The translations under genes were made by a program, and so were the position numbers. Positions 1-12,400 of a stretch of 64,000 bases of DNA are shown piece by piece. Positions within the stretch are counted from its first letter, which is position 1. Each line of letters opens with the position of its first letter. The notes under the pieces are model-generated. The model was not told the origin of the DNA and made no database searches. It worked only from the letters and a program-made list of their open reading frames with translations. The stretch comes from Camelus ferus. Taxonomy: Eukaryota. The stretch lies in assembly GCF_009834535.1 (NCBI RefSeq), contig NC_045697.1:119600001-119664000 (forward strand), given 5' to 3'.

Positions 1-2400
1 GCCTAAATATCTCCACTGCCAATGGGGAGGCAATTTACACTTCTTCGCTTTGAAGACCATCTTCCAAATTTTCCTTACAGCCCGGCCTAAAAAACACCTA
101 GGTATTACAATATTAGTGATTCTATGAGAAAACAGGCGCTGCTGTCTGTTGGAGGTACAACACAGACTCAAAATTCCGGAGCAAGTATTTGCTAAGTGGA
201 GGTGTGGAGACCAACACCACAAGATGCCTGGGGGCACAGTATCTCTCTGTCTGGGAGAAGTCCGCTAATTAAATCTACAGTCAATCTCTGGGCACTCGTT
301 GCTACTTGGCTTTCCAGCCGAACCCCCAGCTTTCCCTCGCAGCCCGCCCTGGAAATCACTCAGAGATAATAAGTTAATGGTTCTAATGGAACACAAGCAC
401 TGCAGACCGTTTTAGGAACCTCCGCACTTGCAGGATAACAGAAAAATTTTTTTGTGTCTCATTGAGATGGTAAAAGCTCCACGCATGTTTCAGAGTGTAC
501 TTGTGTTCCTAGGTTGTGGGATGTCAGATACATCCCACTACAGCCCATGGGGAAGTAGTCAGTAATGCTTGGCTTTCCTGCCAATCCACCAGTTTCCTAT
601 GCAACCCAGCCTGAGAAAACAGTCAGGAAATGTAGCTAAAATTTCTATCAGAACCCCAGTGCTGCAGTCTGTTGTAGGAACTTCCACACACACAGGATTC
701 ACAAACACGGCTTTGCTTGGAAGAGTTTTGAAGCACCAATTCACACACATCGCTGGGGGCACAAGTTTTTCCCTGTTAGGGTGAATTCCGCTAATTAGCT
801 CTACAGTCCATCTCGGGCAACTTCTGCTACTTGGAATTCCAGCCCAACCCCCATGTTTCCCTTGCAGCCGGGCCTGGTGTAAAACAGAGGAAAAAGAAGC
901 TATTGGTGCTATTCGAACCCATGCCTTGCTGACAATTGTGGAAAACTTCGAACACTCAGGATAACAAAACACATCTTTCTGTGTGTGATGGAGTAGGGAA
1001 ACACACTCCAGGCCATTTTCTGGGGATCCAGGTTTTCCCAGGTTTGGAAATGCCGGCTAGATTCCTTCAGTGCCCATGGGGTGGCACTGTATTCTTCTTC
1101 GTTTTCAAGCCCAACTCCCAGTTTCCCTTGCAGGCCGCACAATTGAATCACCCATAGATGACCAATAAGTGATCCTATCAGAACCCCGGCGTTGCTGTCT
1201 GTTGGAGGAACTTCCAAAACTTCAGGATTCTGGAACACGTCTTTGAGTGTGGGGAGCTGTGGAACCCCAATCCACGCAGATGGATGGGGTCACAGATTTG
1301 TCCCTGTTAGGGAGAAGTCCGCTAATTACCTCCAAATTGCATCTTGGGGCACTCGATGCTTCTTAGATTTTCAGTCTATCCCCCAGTATTCACTCGCAGC
1401 CCGGCCTTTTAAAACACTCAGTGATAATAAGCTAGGTTTCTATTGGAACCCAGGTGCTGCAGACAATTGTAGGAACTTCCCCACACTCAGAATAACAGAA
1501 CAATATTTTGAGTGTCTGATTTAGATGGGGAAACTAAATCCTCGCATGTTTCAGGTTTTATAAGCGTTCCTATGTTGTGGGAGGTCGGATATTTACATCC
1601 ACTGTCCATGGGGAATCCCTTGCAGTTGCTTGGATTCCAGCCAAACCCCCAGCGTTCCCTCGCATCCCGGCCTGTGAAAACACTCAGGGAAAAAAAGCTA
1701 CAGATTCTAAACAACTAAGGCGCTCCTGACAGTTGTAGAATCCTCCCTACACTAAGGAAAACAGAACACAGCATTGTGTGTGTGATCGAGTAGGAAAACA
1801 CAGTAAAGCATGTTTCTGGGGTGCAGGTGTTCGCAGGATGGGAAATGTTGGCTAATTATCTCCACTGCCCATGGGGAAGCACTCTCTTCTTCTTCGATAT
1901 CCAGCCCTATTCCTAGCATTCCCTTGCAGCCCGACCGTCGAAAACACCCAGGGATGAGATACTATATTATTCTATCAGAACAAGAGGGCTGCTGTATGTT
2001 GGAGGAACCTCCAAACACTCAGGATTAACAAACACGTCTTTGCTTGGGGGAATTGTGAAGCCCCACAACACACACATGGCTGAGGGCACAAGTTTTTCCC
2101 TGTTAGGTAGAAGTCCACTAATTACCTTTACAGACCATCGTGGGGCATTCGCTGCTACTTGGATTTCCATTCCAAACCCCAGGTTTCCCTTGCAACCCGG
2201 CCTGGGGAAACACACATGGAAAAGAATCTACTGGTGAGATTAGAACACATGCGCTGCTGACAATTGTGGAATACTTCGAACACTCATGATAACAGAGCAC
2301 ATCTTTCTGTGTGTGATGGAGTAGTAAAACACACGCCAGGCATTTTTCTGGGGATCCAGTTTTTCCCAGGTTGGGAGATGTCGGCTAGTTTCCTTCACTG
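1..2400 (+). repeat. Irregular family-I monomer block, including most of a pentamer (ACBAB) at ~1190-2518
   Basis: 1-~960 resembles 13,790-14,750. 1190-1985 matches family-I monomers 1-3 (cf. 9414-10,205). 1987-2400 matches family-I monomers 12-13 (GGATTAACAAA..GTCTTTGC and CATGATAACAG.GC; cf. 12,325-12,740). Confidence 0.8.
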
Positions 2401-5400
2401 CTCATGGGGAGTCACTGTCTACTTCTTCGTTTTCAAGCCCAACTCCCTGATATCCCTTGTAGCCCGGACTTGTGAAACACCCAGTGATGAAAAATAACTG
2501 ATCCTATTCGTACTCCGGCGTTGCTGTCTGTTGGAGGATCCTCCAAACCCTCAGGATTCTGGAACAAGTCTTTGCATTTTGGGAGTTGTGGAGCCCCAAT
2601 CCACGCAGAAGAATGGGGTAACAGATTTGTCCCTGTTAGGGAGAAGTCCGCTAATTACCTGCAAAGTTCGTCTTGGGGCACTCGCTGCTTCTTGGCTTTT
2701 AAGCCAATCCCCCAGAATTCACTCGCAGCCCGGCTTTGAAAACACTCAGTGCAATTAATCAAGGGTTCTATAGGAACTCAGGTGCTGCAGACAGATGTAG
2801 GAACCTCCCCAAACTCAGAATAACAGTACAATTCGTTGAGTGTCTGATAGAGATGGGTGAACATACTCCACGCAAGTTTCAGGTGGTTCAGGCGTTCTTA
2901 GGTTGTGGAATTTCGTATAATTCCCTCCACAGTCCATGGGGAGGCCCTTGTAGTTGCTTGGATATCCAGCACTACCCCCAGCGTTTCCTCGCAGCCCGGC
3001 CTGGTAAAAACTCAGGGAATAAAAGCTACAGGTTCTGATAGAACAAAGTTGCTCCTGAAAGTTGTAGAAACCTCCCCACACTAAGGAAAAGAGAAGACAT
3101 CTTTGTGTGTGTGATGGAGTAGGAAAACACACTAAAGGCATGTTTCTGGCGTGCAGGTGTTCCCAGGAAGGGAGATTTTGGCTAATTACTTCCACTGCCC
3201 ATGGGGAGGCTATCTGACTTTCTTCGTTTTCCAGCCCTACTCCCAGCATCCCTTGCAGCACGGGTAAAGAAGACACCCAGATATGACAAACTAAGTAATT
3301 TTATCAGAACACCGGCGCTGCTGTCTGTTGCAGGAACCTCCACACACACAGGATTACCAAACACGGCTTTGATTGGGGAGTTGTGAAGCCCCACTCCACA
3401 CACATGGCTGGGGGCACAAGTATTTCCCTGTTATTGAGAAGTCAGTTAATTACCTCCACAGTGCATCTTGGGGCACTCGCTTCTTCTTGGCTTTTCAGCC
3501 AATTCCCCAGATTTCACTCTCAGCCCGGTGTCAGAAAACACTCAGGAAAGGAAAGCTACAAGTTCTATTAGAACCCAGGCGATCCTGACAGTTGTAGAAA
3601 CCTCAACATACTAAGGAAAACAGAATACTCCTTTGTGTGTGTGATGGAGTAGGAAAACACACTAAAGGCATGTTTCTGGGGTGAAGGTGTTCCCATGTTG
3701 GGAGATGTTGGCTAATTACCTCCACTGCCCATGGGGAAGCACTCTCTTCACTTCGATTTCCAGCCCTAGTCCTAGCATTCCCTTGCAGCCCGACCGTGGA
3801 AATCAACCAGGGATTAAAAATCTAAGACATTCTGTCAGAACCAGGGCGCTTCTGTCTGTTGGAGGTACCTCCAAACACTCACGATTCCGGAACACGTCTT
3901 TGTTGGGGGGAGTGGTGAAGCCCCACTGCACACTCACTGCTGGGGGCACATGATTTTCCCTGTTAGGGAGAAGTCTGCTAATTACATCCACAGTCCATCT
4001 AGGGGCACTCGCTGCTACTTGGCTTTCCATAACAACCCCCAGCTTTCCCTCACAGCCCGGCCTGGGTAAACACTCAGGGATAAAATGCTATTGGTTGTAT
4101 TGTAACCCAGGCGCTACCTAACGTTGTAGGAAACATCCCACACTTAGGATAACAGAAGAAATCTTTCTGGGTCTGATGGAGTTGTGTAAACAATCTCCAC
4201 GCATGTTTTGTTGGGCACAGGTGTTCCAAGGCTGTGGGACGTCGGAAAAATACCTCACAATTTCATGGGGAGTAACATGCAACTTCTACGAATTTCAGCC
4301 CAACCCACAGCTTTACCTCACAACCAGGCCTGTGCAAAAAATCATGGAAATGAAAATACTGGTGCTATTATATCCCAGGCGATGTTCACATATGTAGAAA
4401 CCTCCCCACACTCAGGATAGTGGAACACATCTTTGTGTGTATGATGGTTTAGGAAAATACACTCCAAATGTATCTGGGGGTACAGCTTTTCCCAGGTTTG
4501 GAGATGTCGCCTAATTACCTCCACTGCCAATGGGGAGGCACTCACTAATTCTTCGCTTTCCAGACCAACTCCCAAATATCCCTTGCATCCCGGCCTAAGA
4601 TAAAACCTAAATATGACAATATTAGTGATTCTATCAGAACACCTTCGCTGCTGTCGGTTTGAGGTACCCAACACACTCAAAATTCCGGAAAACAGCTTTC
4701 CTTGAGGGAGTGTGGAGCCCCAAACCTCACAGATGCCTGCGGGCACAGGAATTCCCTGTTTATGAGAAGTCCGCTATTTACCTCTACAGTCAATCTCTAG
4801 GCACTTGTTGCTACTTGGCTTTCCAGCCGAAACCCCAGCTTTCCCACGCAGCCAGCCCTGGAAGACACTCAGAAGAAATAAGCAAGTGGTTCTAATTGAA
4901 CACAGGCACTGCAGACCGTTGTAGGAACCACCGCACACGCAGGATAACAGAACATATTTTTGTGTCTGATTGAGATGATAAAACCTCCACGCATGTTTCA
5001 GGGTGTACAGGTGTTCCTATTATGTGGGAGGTAAGATACTTCCCACTACAGCCCATGGGGAGGAAATCGCTCCTGCTTGGCTTTTCAGCCCATCCCCAGT
5101 TTCCCTTGCAAACCAGCCTGAGAGAACACTCAGAAAATTTAGCTTAATTTTTAATTAGAACCCAGGCGCTGCTGACAGTTGTAGAAACCTCCCAATACAC
5201 AGGGTAACAGAACACTTCTTTTTGTGTGTTATGTAGTAGGAAAACACACTCCATGCATGTATCTGGGGTGCAGGTTTAACCAGGTTTGGAGACGTTGGCT
5301 AATTATCTCCAGAGTCCATGGAGAGGCACTCTGTTTTTCTTGGTTTTCCAGCCCTACTCAAAGCTTTCCCTTGCAGCCCGGGTTAGCAAAACACCCAGGG

Positions 5401-5640
5401 ATGACAGACTAAGTGATTCTATCAGGACCCTGGCGCTGATGTGTGTTGGAGGGACCTCCAAACACACAGGATTCCCAAACACGGATTTGCTTGTGTGAGT
5501 TTTGATCCCCAGAACACACAAAAGGCTGGGGGGACAAGTTTTTCACTGTTAGGGAGCAGTCCGCTAATTACCTGAACAGTCCATCTCGGGGCACTCCCTG
5601 CTACTTGGATTTCCAGCCCAACCCCCAGTTTTCCCTTGCA
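2400..5640 (+). repeat. Single diverged family-II 13-mer embedded among family-I sequence
   Basis: Monomers run in family-II order with family-II markers: GGAACAAGTCTTTGCAT at ~2561, GGCTTTGATTGGGG at ~3365, CAACATACTAAGG at ~3604, CACTCACGATTC at ~3876, CAGGAATTCCCTGTTTATGAG at ~4746 and CCCAATACACAGGGTAAC at ~5191. Confidence 0.85.
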
Positions 5641-5965
5641 GCCCGGCCTGGGTTAACACAGAACGAAAAAAAGCTTTTGGTGTTATTCGAACCCATGCCC
5701 TGCTGACTATTGTGGAAAACTTCGAACACTCAAGATAACAGAACATATCTTTCTGTGTGTGATGGAGTAGGAAAACACACTCCAGGCATTTTTTGGGGAT
5801 CCAGGTTTTCCCAGGTTGGGGGAGGTCGGCTAGATTCCTTCAGTGCCCATGGGGTGGCACTGTCTTCTTCTTCGTTTTCAAGCCCAACTCCCAGCTTTCC
5901 CTTGCAGCCCGGACAAGGGAAACACCCATGGATGACAAATAAGTGATTCTATCAGAACCCCGGCG

Positions 5966-8900
5966 TTGCTGTCTGTTGGAGTGTCCTCCAAAGCTTCAGG
6001 ATTCTGAAACACGTATTTGAGTGTGGGAAGTTGTGGAACCCCATCCATGCAGATGGATGGGGTCACAGATTTGTCCCTGTTAGGGGGATGTCCGCTAATT
6101 ACCTCCAAATTGCATCTTGGGGCACTCGCTTTTTCTTAGATTTTCAGTCTATCCCCCAGTTTTCACTCGCAGCCCGGCTTTGTAAAACACTCAGTGATAA
6201 TAAGCTAGGTTTCTATTTGAACCCAGGTGCTGCATTCAATTGTAGGAACCTCCCCACACGCAGAAAAACAGAAAAATACTTTGAGTGTTTGATTTAGATG
6301 GGTAAACTAAATCCACGCATGTTTCAGGTTATATAGGATTTCCTAGATTGTGGGTGGTTTGATATTTACATCCACTGTCCATAGGGAGTCTCTTGCAGTT
6401 GCTTGGATTCCAGCCCAACCACCAGCGTACCCTCGAATCCCGGCCTGTGAAAACACTCAGGGAAATAAAGCTACAGTTTGTATAAGAACTAAGGCGCTCC
6501 TGACAGATGTAGAAACCTTCCTACACTAAGGAAAACAGAGCACAGATTTGTGTGTGTGATGGAGTAGGAAAACACTGTAAGGCATGTCACAGGGGTGCAG
6601 GTGTTCGCAGGATGGGAAATGTTGGCTAATTACCTCCACTGCCCATGGGGAAGCACTCTCTTATTCTTCGATATCCAGCCCTAATCCCAGCAATCCCTTG
6701 CAGAGCGACCGTGGAAAACACCCAGGGATGACAAACTAAATCATTCTATCAGAACCAGGGCGCTGCTGTATGTTGGAGGAACCTCCAAACTCTCAGGATT
6801 CCGGAACACGGATTTTCTTGGTGCGAATTTTGAATCCCCAAAGCACACTCAATGTTGGGGCCTAAGATTTTCCCTTTTAAGTCCAAGTCCGCTAAGTACT
6901 TCCATAGTCCATCTCGGGGCACTCACTGCTACTTGGATTTCCAGCCCAACCCTCATGATTCCCTTGCAGCCCGGCCTGGGGTAACACAGATCGAAAAGAA
7001 GCTATTGGTGCTATTCGAACCCATGCCCTGCTGACAATTGTGGAAACCTTCGAACACTCAGGATAACAGAACATAACTTTCTGTGTGTGATGGAGTAGGA
7101 AAACACACTCCAGGCATTTTTCTGGGGATCCAGGTTTTCCCAGGTTGGGAGATTTCGGCTAGGTTCCTTCAGTGCCCATGGGGTGGCACTGTATTCTTTT
7201 TCATTTTCAAGCCCAACTCCCAGCTTTCCCTTGAAGCCCGGACAATGAAACACCCATGGATGAAAAATAAGTGATTCTATCAGAACCCAGGCGTTGCCGT
7301 ATGTTGGAGGAACCTCCAAACTCTCAGGATTCTGGAACATGGATTGGCTTGGTGCGAATTGTGAAGCCCCACAGCACACTCATTGCTGGGGCCCAAGATT
7401 TTCCCTTTTAGGGCTAACTCTGCTAATTACCTCCATAGTCCATCTCAGGGCATTCGCTGCTACTTGGATTTAAAGCCCAAACCCAAGCTTTCCCACGCAG
7501 ACCGTCCTCGGACAGGACACAGGGAATATATTTTATTGGTTGTAACGGAACCCAGTCTCTACCTACCGTTGTAGGAATCTTCCCACAACTAGGATAAAAT
7601 AAGAAACATTTTTGTGTCTGATGGAGATGGGTAAACAAACTCCAAGCATTTATCAGGGTGCTTAGGGTTTCCAAGGCTGTGGGACGTCGGAAAATTACCT
7701 CAAATTCTCATGCGTACTAACTCGCTGCTGCTACGAATTACAGCCAAGCCTACAGATATACCTGGCAGCCAGGCCTGTGAAAAAACTCATGGAAAACAAA
7801 ATAATGGTGCTACTAAAACCCAGCCGCTGCTGAAATTTGTAGAATACTCCGCACACTCAGGATAGCAGAACAAATTTTTGTGTGTGTGATGGTGTAGGTA
7901 AATACAATACAGGTATGTTTCTGGTGTTACAGCTGTTCCCAGGTTTGGAGATGTCGCCGAATTACCTCCACTTCCAATGGGGAGGCACTCTATAATTCTT
8001 CGCTTTCCAGACCAACTCCCTGCTTTCCTTTGAAGCCAGGCCTAAGGAAACAACTAGGGATGACAATATTATTGATTCTATGAGAAACCCCGCTCTGCTG
8101 CCTGTTGGAGGTACAACACACACTCAAAATTCCGGAACATGGCTTTGCTTGTTGGAGGTATGGAGACAAACACCACAAGATGCCTGGGGGCACAGTTACT
8201 CTCTGTTTGGGAAATTCCGCTATTTACCTTTACAGTCAATTTCTGGGCAATCCTGACTACTTGGCTTTCCAGCCGAACCCCCAGTTTCCCGCGCAGCCCG
8301 ACCTGGAAAACACTCAGAGATTATAAGCTAGTGGTTCTATTGGAACCCTGGCACTGCAGACCACTTTAGGAAGCTCCGCACACGCAGGATAACAGAACAC
8401 TTTTCTTGTGTCTGATTGAGATTCGAAAAACTCCACGCATGTTTCAGGGGGTACAGGTTTTCCTAGGTTGGGGGTGGTCAGAATATTCCCATTAATGCCC
8501 AAGGGGAGGTAATCGCTCCTGCTTGGATATCCATCTCATCCCTCAGTTTCCCTTGCAACCCAGTCAGAGATAACAGTCAGGAAATATAGCTAAAGTTTCT
8601 ATTAGAACACAGGCGCTGCTGACAGTTGTAGAAACCTCCCCATACACAGGGTAACAGAACACATTTTTGTGTGTGAGATGGAGTAGGAATACACAGTACA
8701 TGCATGTATCTGGGGTGCAGGTTTAACCAGTTTGGGAGACGTTGGCTAAGTATCTCCACAGCCCATGGTTAAGCACTCAGTTTTCTTCGATTTCCAGCCT
8801 TACTCCCAGCTTTCCATGCAGCCCGGGTTAGGAAATCACCCAGGGATTACAAACTAAATCATTCTATCAGAACCAGCGCGCTGCTGTATGTGTTGAGGAA

Positions 8901-9413
8901 CCTCCAAACACTCAGGATTCCGGAACACGGTATTGCTTTGTGCGAATTGTGAAGCCCCACAGCACACTCATTCCTGGGGGCCCAAGATTTTCCCTTTTAG
9001 GGCCAAGTCCGCTAATTACCTCCATAGTCCATCTCGGGGCACTCGCTGCTACTTGGATTCCCAGCCCAACCCCCATGTTTCCCTTGCAGCCCGGCCTGGA
9101 TTTACACAGAACGAAAAAAAACTTTTGGTGTTATTCGAACCCATGCCCTGCTGATAATTGTGGAAAACTTCGAACACTCAAGATAACAGAACATATCTTT
9201 CTGTGTGTGATGGAGTAGGAAAACACACTCCAGGCATTTTTTGGGGATCCAGGTTTTCCCAGGTTGGGGGAGGTCGGTTAGATTCCTTCAGCGCCCATGG
9301 GGTGGCACTGTCTTCTTCTTCGTTTTCAAGCCCAACTCCCAGCTTTCCCTTGCAGCCCGGACAAATGAAACACCCATGGAAGGCAAATAATTGATTCTAT
9401 CAGAACCCCGGCA
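5966..9413 (+). repeat. Family-I 13-mer (3448 bp), a recombinant of the two halves of the 26-mer
   Basis: 5966-~8510 matches 9414-~11,960 (ORF echo 6852/10,300, offset 3448). ~8530-9413 matches 15,415-16,300 (ORF echo 8577/15,464, offset 6887). Confidence 0.88.
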
Positions 9414-12400
9414 TTGCTGTCTGTTGGAGGATCCTCCAAAGCTTCAGAATTCTGGAACACGACTTTGAGTGTGGGGAGTTTGGAACCCCAATCCATGCAG
9501 ATGGATGGGGTCACAGATTTGTCCCTGTTAGGGAGAAGTCCGCTAATTACCTCCAAAGTGCATCTTGGGGCACTCGCTTTTTCTTACATTTTCAGTGTTT
9601 CCCCCAGTTTTCACTCGCAGCCCGGCGTTGTAAAACACTCAGTGATAATAAGCTAGTTTTCTATTGGAACCCAGGTGCTGCAGACAATTGTAGGAACCTC
9701 CTCACACTCAGAATAACAGAACAATACTTTGAGTGTCTGATTTAGATGGGTAAACTAAATCCACGCATGTTTCTGGTTGTATAGGAGTTCCTAGGTTGTG
9801 GGAGGTCGGATATTTACATCCACTGTCCATGGGGAGTCCCTTGCAGTTGCTTGGATTCCAGTCCAACCCCCAGCGTACCCTCGCATCAAGGCCTGTGAAA
9901 ACACTCAGTGAAATAAAGCTACAGTTTGTATAAGAACTAAGGCGCTCCTGACAGTTGTAGATACCTCCCTACACTAAGGAAAGCAGAACACAGCTTTGTG
10001 TGTGTGATGGAGTAGGAAAACACTGTAAGGCATGTCACTGGGTTGCAGGTGTTCGCAGGATGGGAAATGTTGGCTAATTACCTCCACTGCCCATGGGGAA
10101 GCACTCCCTTCTTCTTCGATATCGAGCCCTAATCCTAGCATTCCCTTGCAGAGCGACCGTGGAAAACACCCAGGGATGACAAACTAAATCATTGTATCAG
10201 AACCAGGGCGCTGCTGTATGTTTGAGGAACCTCCAAACACTCAGGATTCCGGAACAAGTATTTTCTTGGTGCGAATTTTGAAGCCCCAAAGCACACTCAT
10301 TGTTGGGGCATAAGATTTTCCCTTTTAAGTCCAAGTCCGCTAGGTACTTCCATAGTTCATCTCGGGGCACTCGCTGCTACTTGGATTTCCAGCCCAACCC
10401 ACATGATTCCCTTGCAGCCCGGCCTGGGGTAACACAGATCGAAAAGAAGCTATTGGTGCTATTCGAACCCATGCCCTGCTGACAATTGTGGAAACCTTCG
10501 AACACTCAGGATAACAGAACAAAACTTTCTGTGTGTGATGGTGTAGGAAAACACACTCCAGGCATTTTTCTGGGGATCCAGGTTTTCCCAGGTTGGGAGA
10601 TGTCGGCTAGGTTCCTTCAGTGCCCATGGGGTGGCACTGTATTCTTTTTCATTTTCTAGCCCAACTCCCAGATTTCCCTTGAACCCGGACAATGAAACAC
10701 CCATGGATGAAAAATAAGTGATTCTATCAGAACCCAGGCGTTGCTGTATGTTGGAGGAACCTCCAAACTCTCAGGATTCTGGAACACGGATTGACTTGGT
10801 GCGAATTGTGAAGCCCCAGAGCACACTCATGGCTGGGCCCAAGATTTTCCCTTTTAGGGCTAACTCTGCTGATTACCTCCATAGTCCATCTCAGGGCATT
10901 CGCTGCTACTTGGATTTAAAGCCCAAACCCAAGCTTTCCCACGCAGACCGGCCTCGGAAAGCACACAGGGAATATATTTTATTGGTTGTAACGGAACCCA
11001 GTCTCTACCTACAGTTGTAGGAATCTTACCACAACTAGGATAAAATAAGAAACATTTGTGTGTCTGATGGATATGGGTAAACAAACTCCAAGCATTTATC
11101 AGGGTGCTTAGTCTTTCCAAGGCTGTGGGACGTCGGAAAATTAACTCAAATTCTCATGCGTACTAACTCGCTGCTGCTACGAATTACAGCCAAGCCCACA
11201 GATATACCTGGCAGCCAGGCCTGTGAAAAAACTCATGGAAAACAAAATAATGGTGCTACTAGAACCCAGCCGCTGCTGAAATTTGTAGAATACTCCGCAC
11301 ACTCAGGATAGCAGAACAAATTTTTGTGTGTGTGATGGTGTAGGTAAATACACTACAGGTATGTTTCTGGTGTTACAGCTGTTCCCAGGTTTGGAGATGT
11401 CGCCTAATTACCTCCACTTCCAATGGGGAGGCACTCTATAATTCTTCGCTTTCCAGACCAACTCCCTGCTTTCCTTTGAAGCCAGGCCTAAGGAAACAAC
11501 TAGGGATGACAATATAATTGATTATATGAGAAACCCCGCTCTGCTGCCAGTTGGAGGTACAACACACACTCAAAATTCCGGAACATGGCTATGCTTGTTG
11601 GAGGTATGGAGACAAACACCACAAGATGCCTGGGGGCACAGTTACTCTCTGTTTGGGAGAATTCCGCTATTTACCTTTACAGTCAATTTCTGGGCAATCC
11701 TGACTACTTGGCTTTCCAGCCGAACCCCCAGTTTCCCGCGCAGCCCGACCTGGAAAACACTCAGATATTATAAGCTAGAGGTTCTATTGGAACCCAGGCA
11801 CTGCAGACCATTTTAGGAAGCTCCGCACACGCAGGATATCAGAACACTTTTTTTGTGTCTGATTGAGATTCGAAAAACTCCACGCATGTTTCAGGGGGTA
11901 CAGGTTTTCCTAGGTTGGGGGTGGTCAGATTATTCCCATTAATGCCCAAGGGGAGGTAATCGCTCCTGCTTGGATTTCCATCCCATCCCCCAGTTTCCCT
12001 TGCAACCCAGCCAGAGAAAGCAGTCAGGAAATTTAGCTAAAATTTCTATTAAAACCCAGGCGCTGCTGACAGTTGTAGAAACTTCTCCATACACAGTTAA
12101 ACAGAACACTTCTTTGTGTGTGTTATTGAGTAGGAAAACAGAGTCCATGCATGTTTCTGGGGTGCAGGTGTAACCAGGCTGTGAGACTTTGGCTAAGTAT
12201 CTCCACAGCCCATGTGGAGGCACTGTGTTTACTTCGTTTTCCAGCCCTACTCCCAGGTTTCCCTTGCAGCCCGTGTTGGAAAACACCCAGGGATGACAAA
12301 CTAAATGATTCTATCAGAACCCAGGCGCTGCTGTCTTTTGGAGGAAACTCCACACACACAGGATTAACAAAAACGTCTTTGCTTTGGAGAATTGTGAAGC

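Noticed and set aside
1095..1115. CTTCGTTTTCAAGCCC resembling the start of a CENP-B box
   Set aside because: It lacks the required A and CGGG of TTCG-N4-A-N2-CGGG.
8697..8708. 12-bp palindrome TACATGCATGTA / RY-like CATGCATG, and the common CCCATGGG
   Set aside because: These are short motifs with no promoter context. The 12-mer is limited to one monomer variant and could easily be chance.
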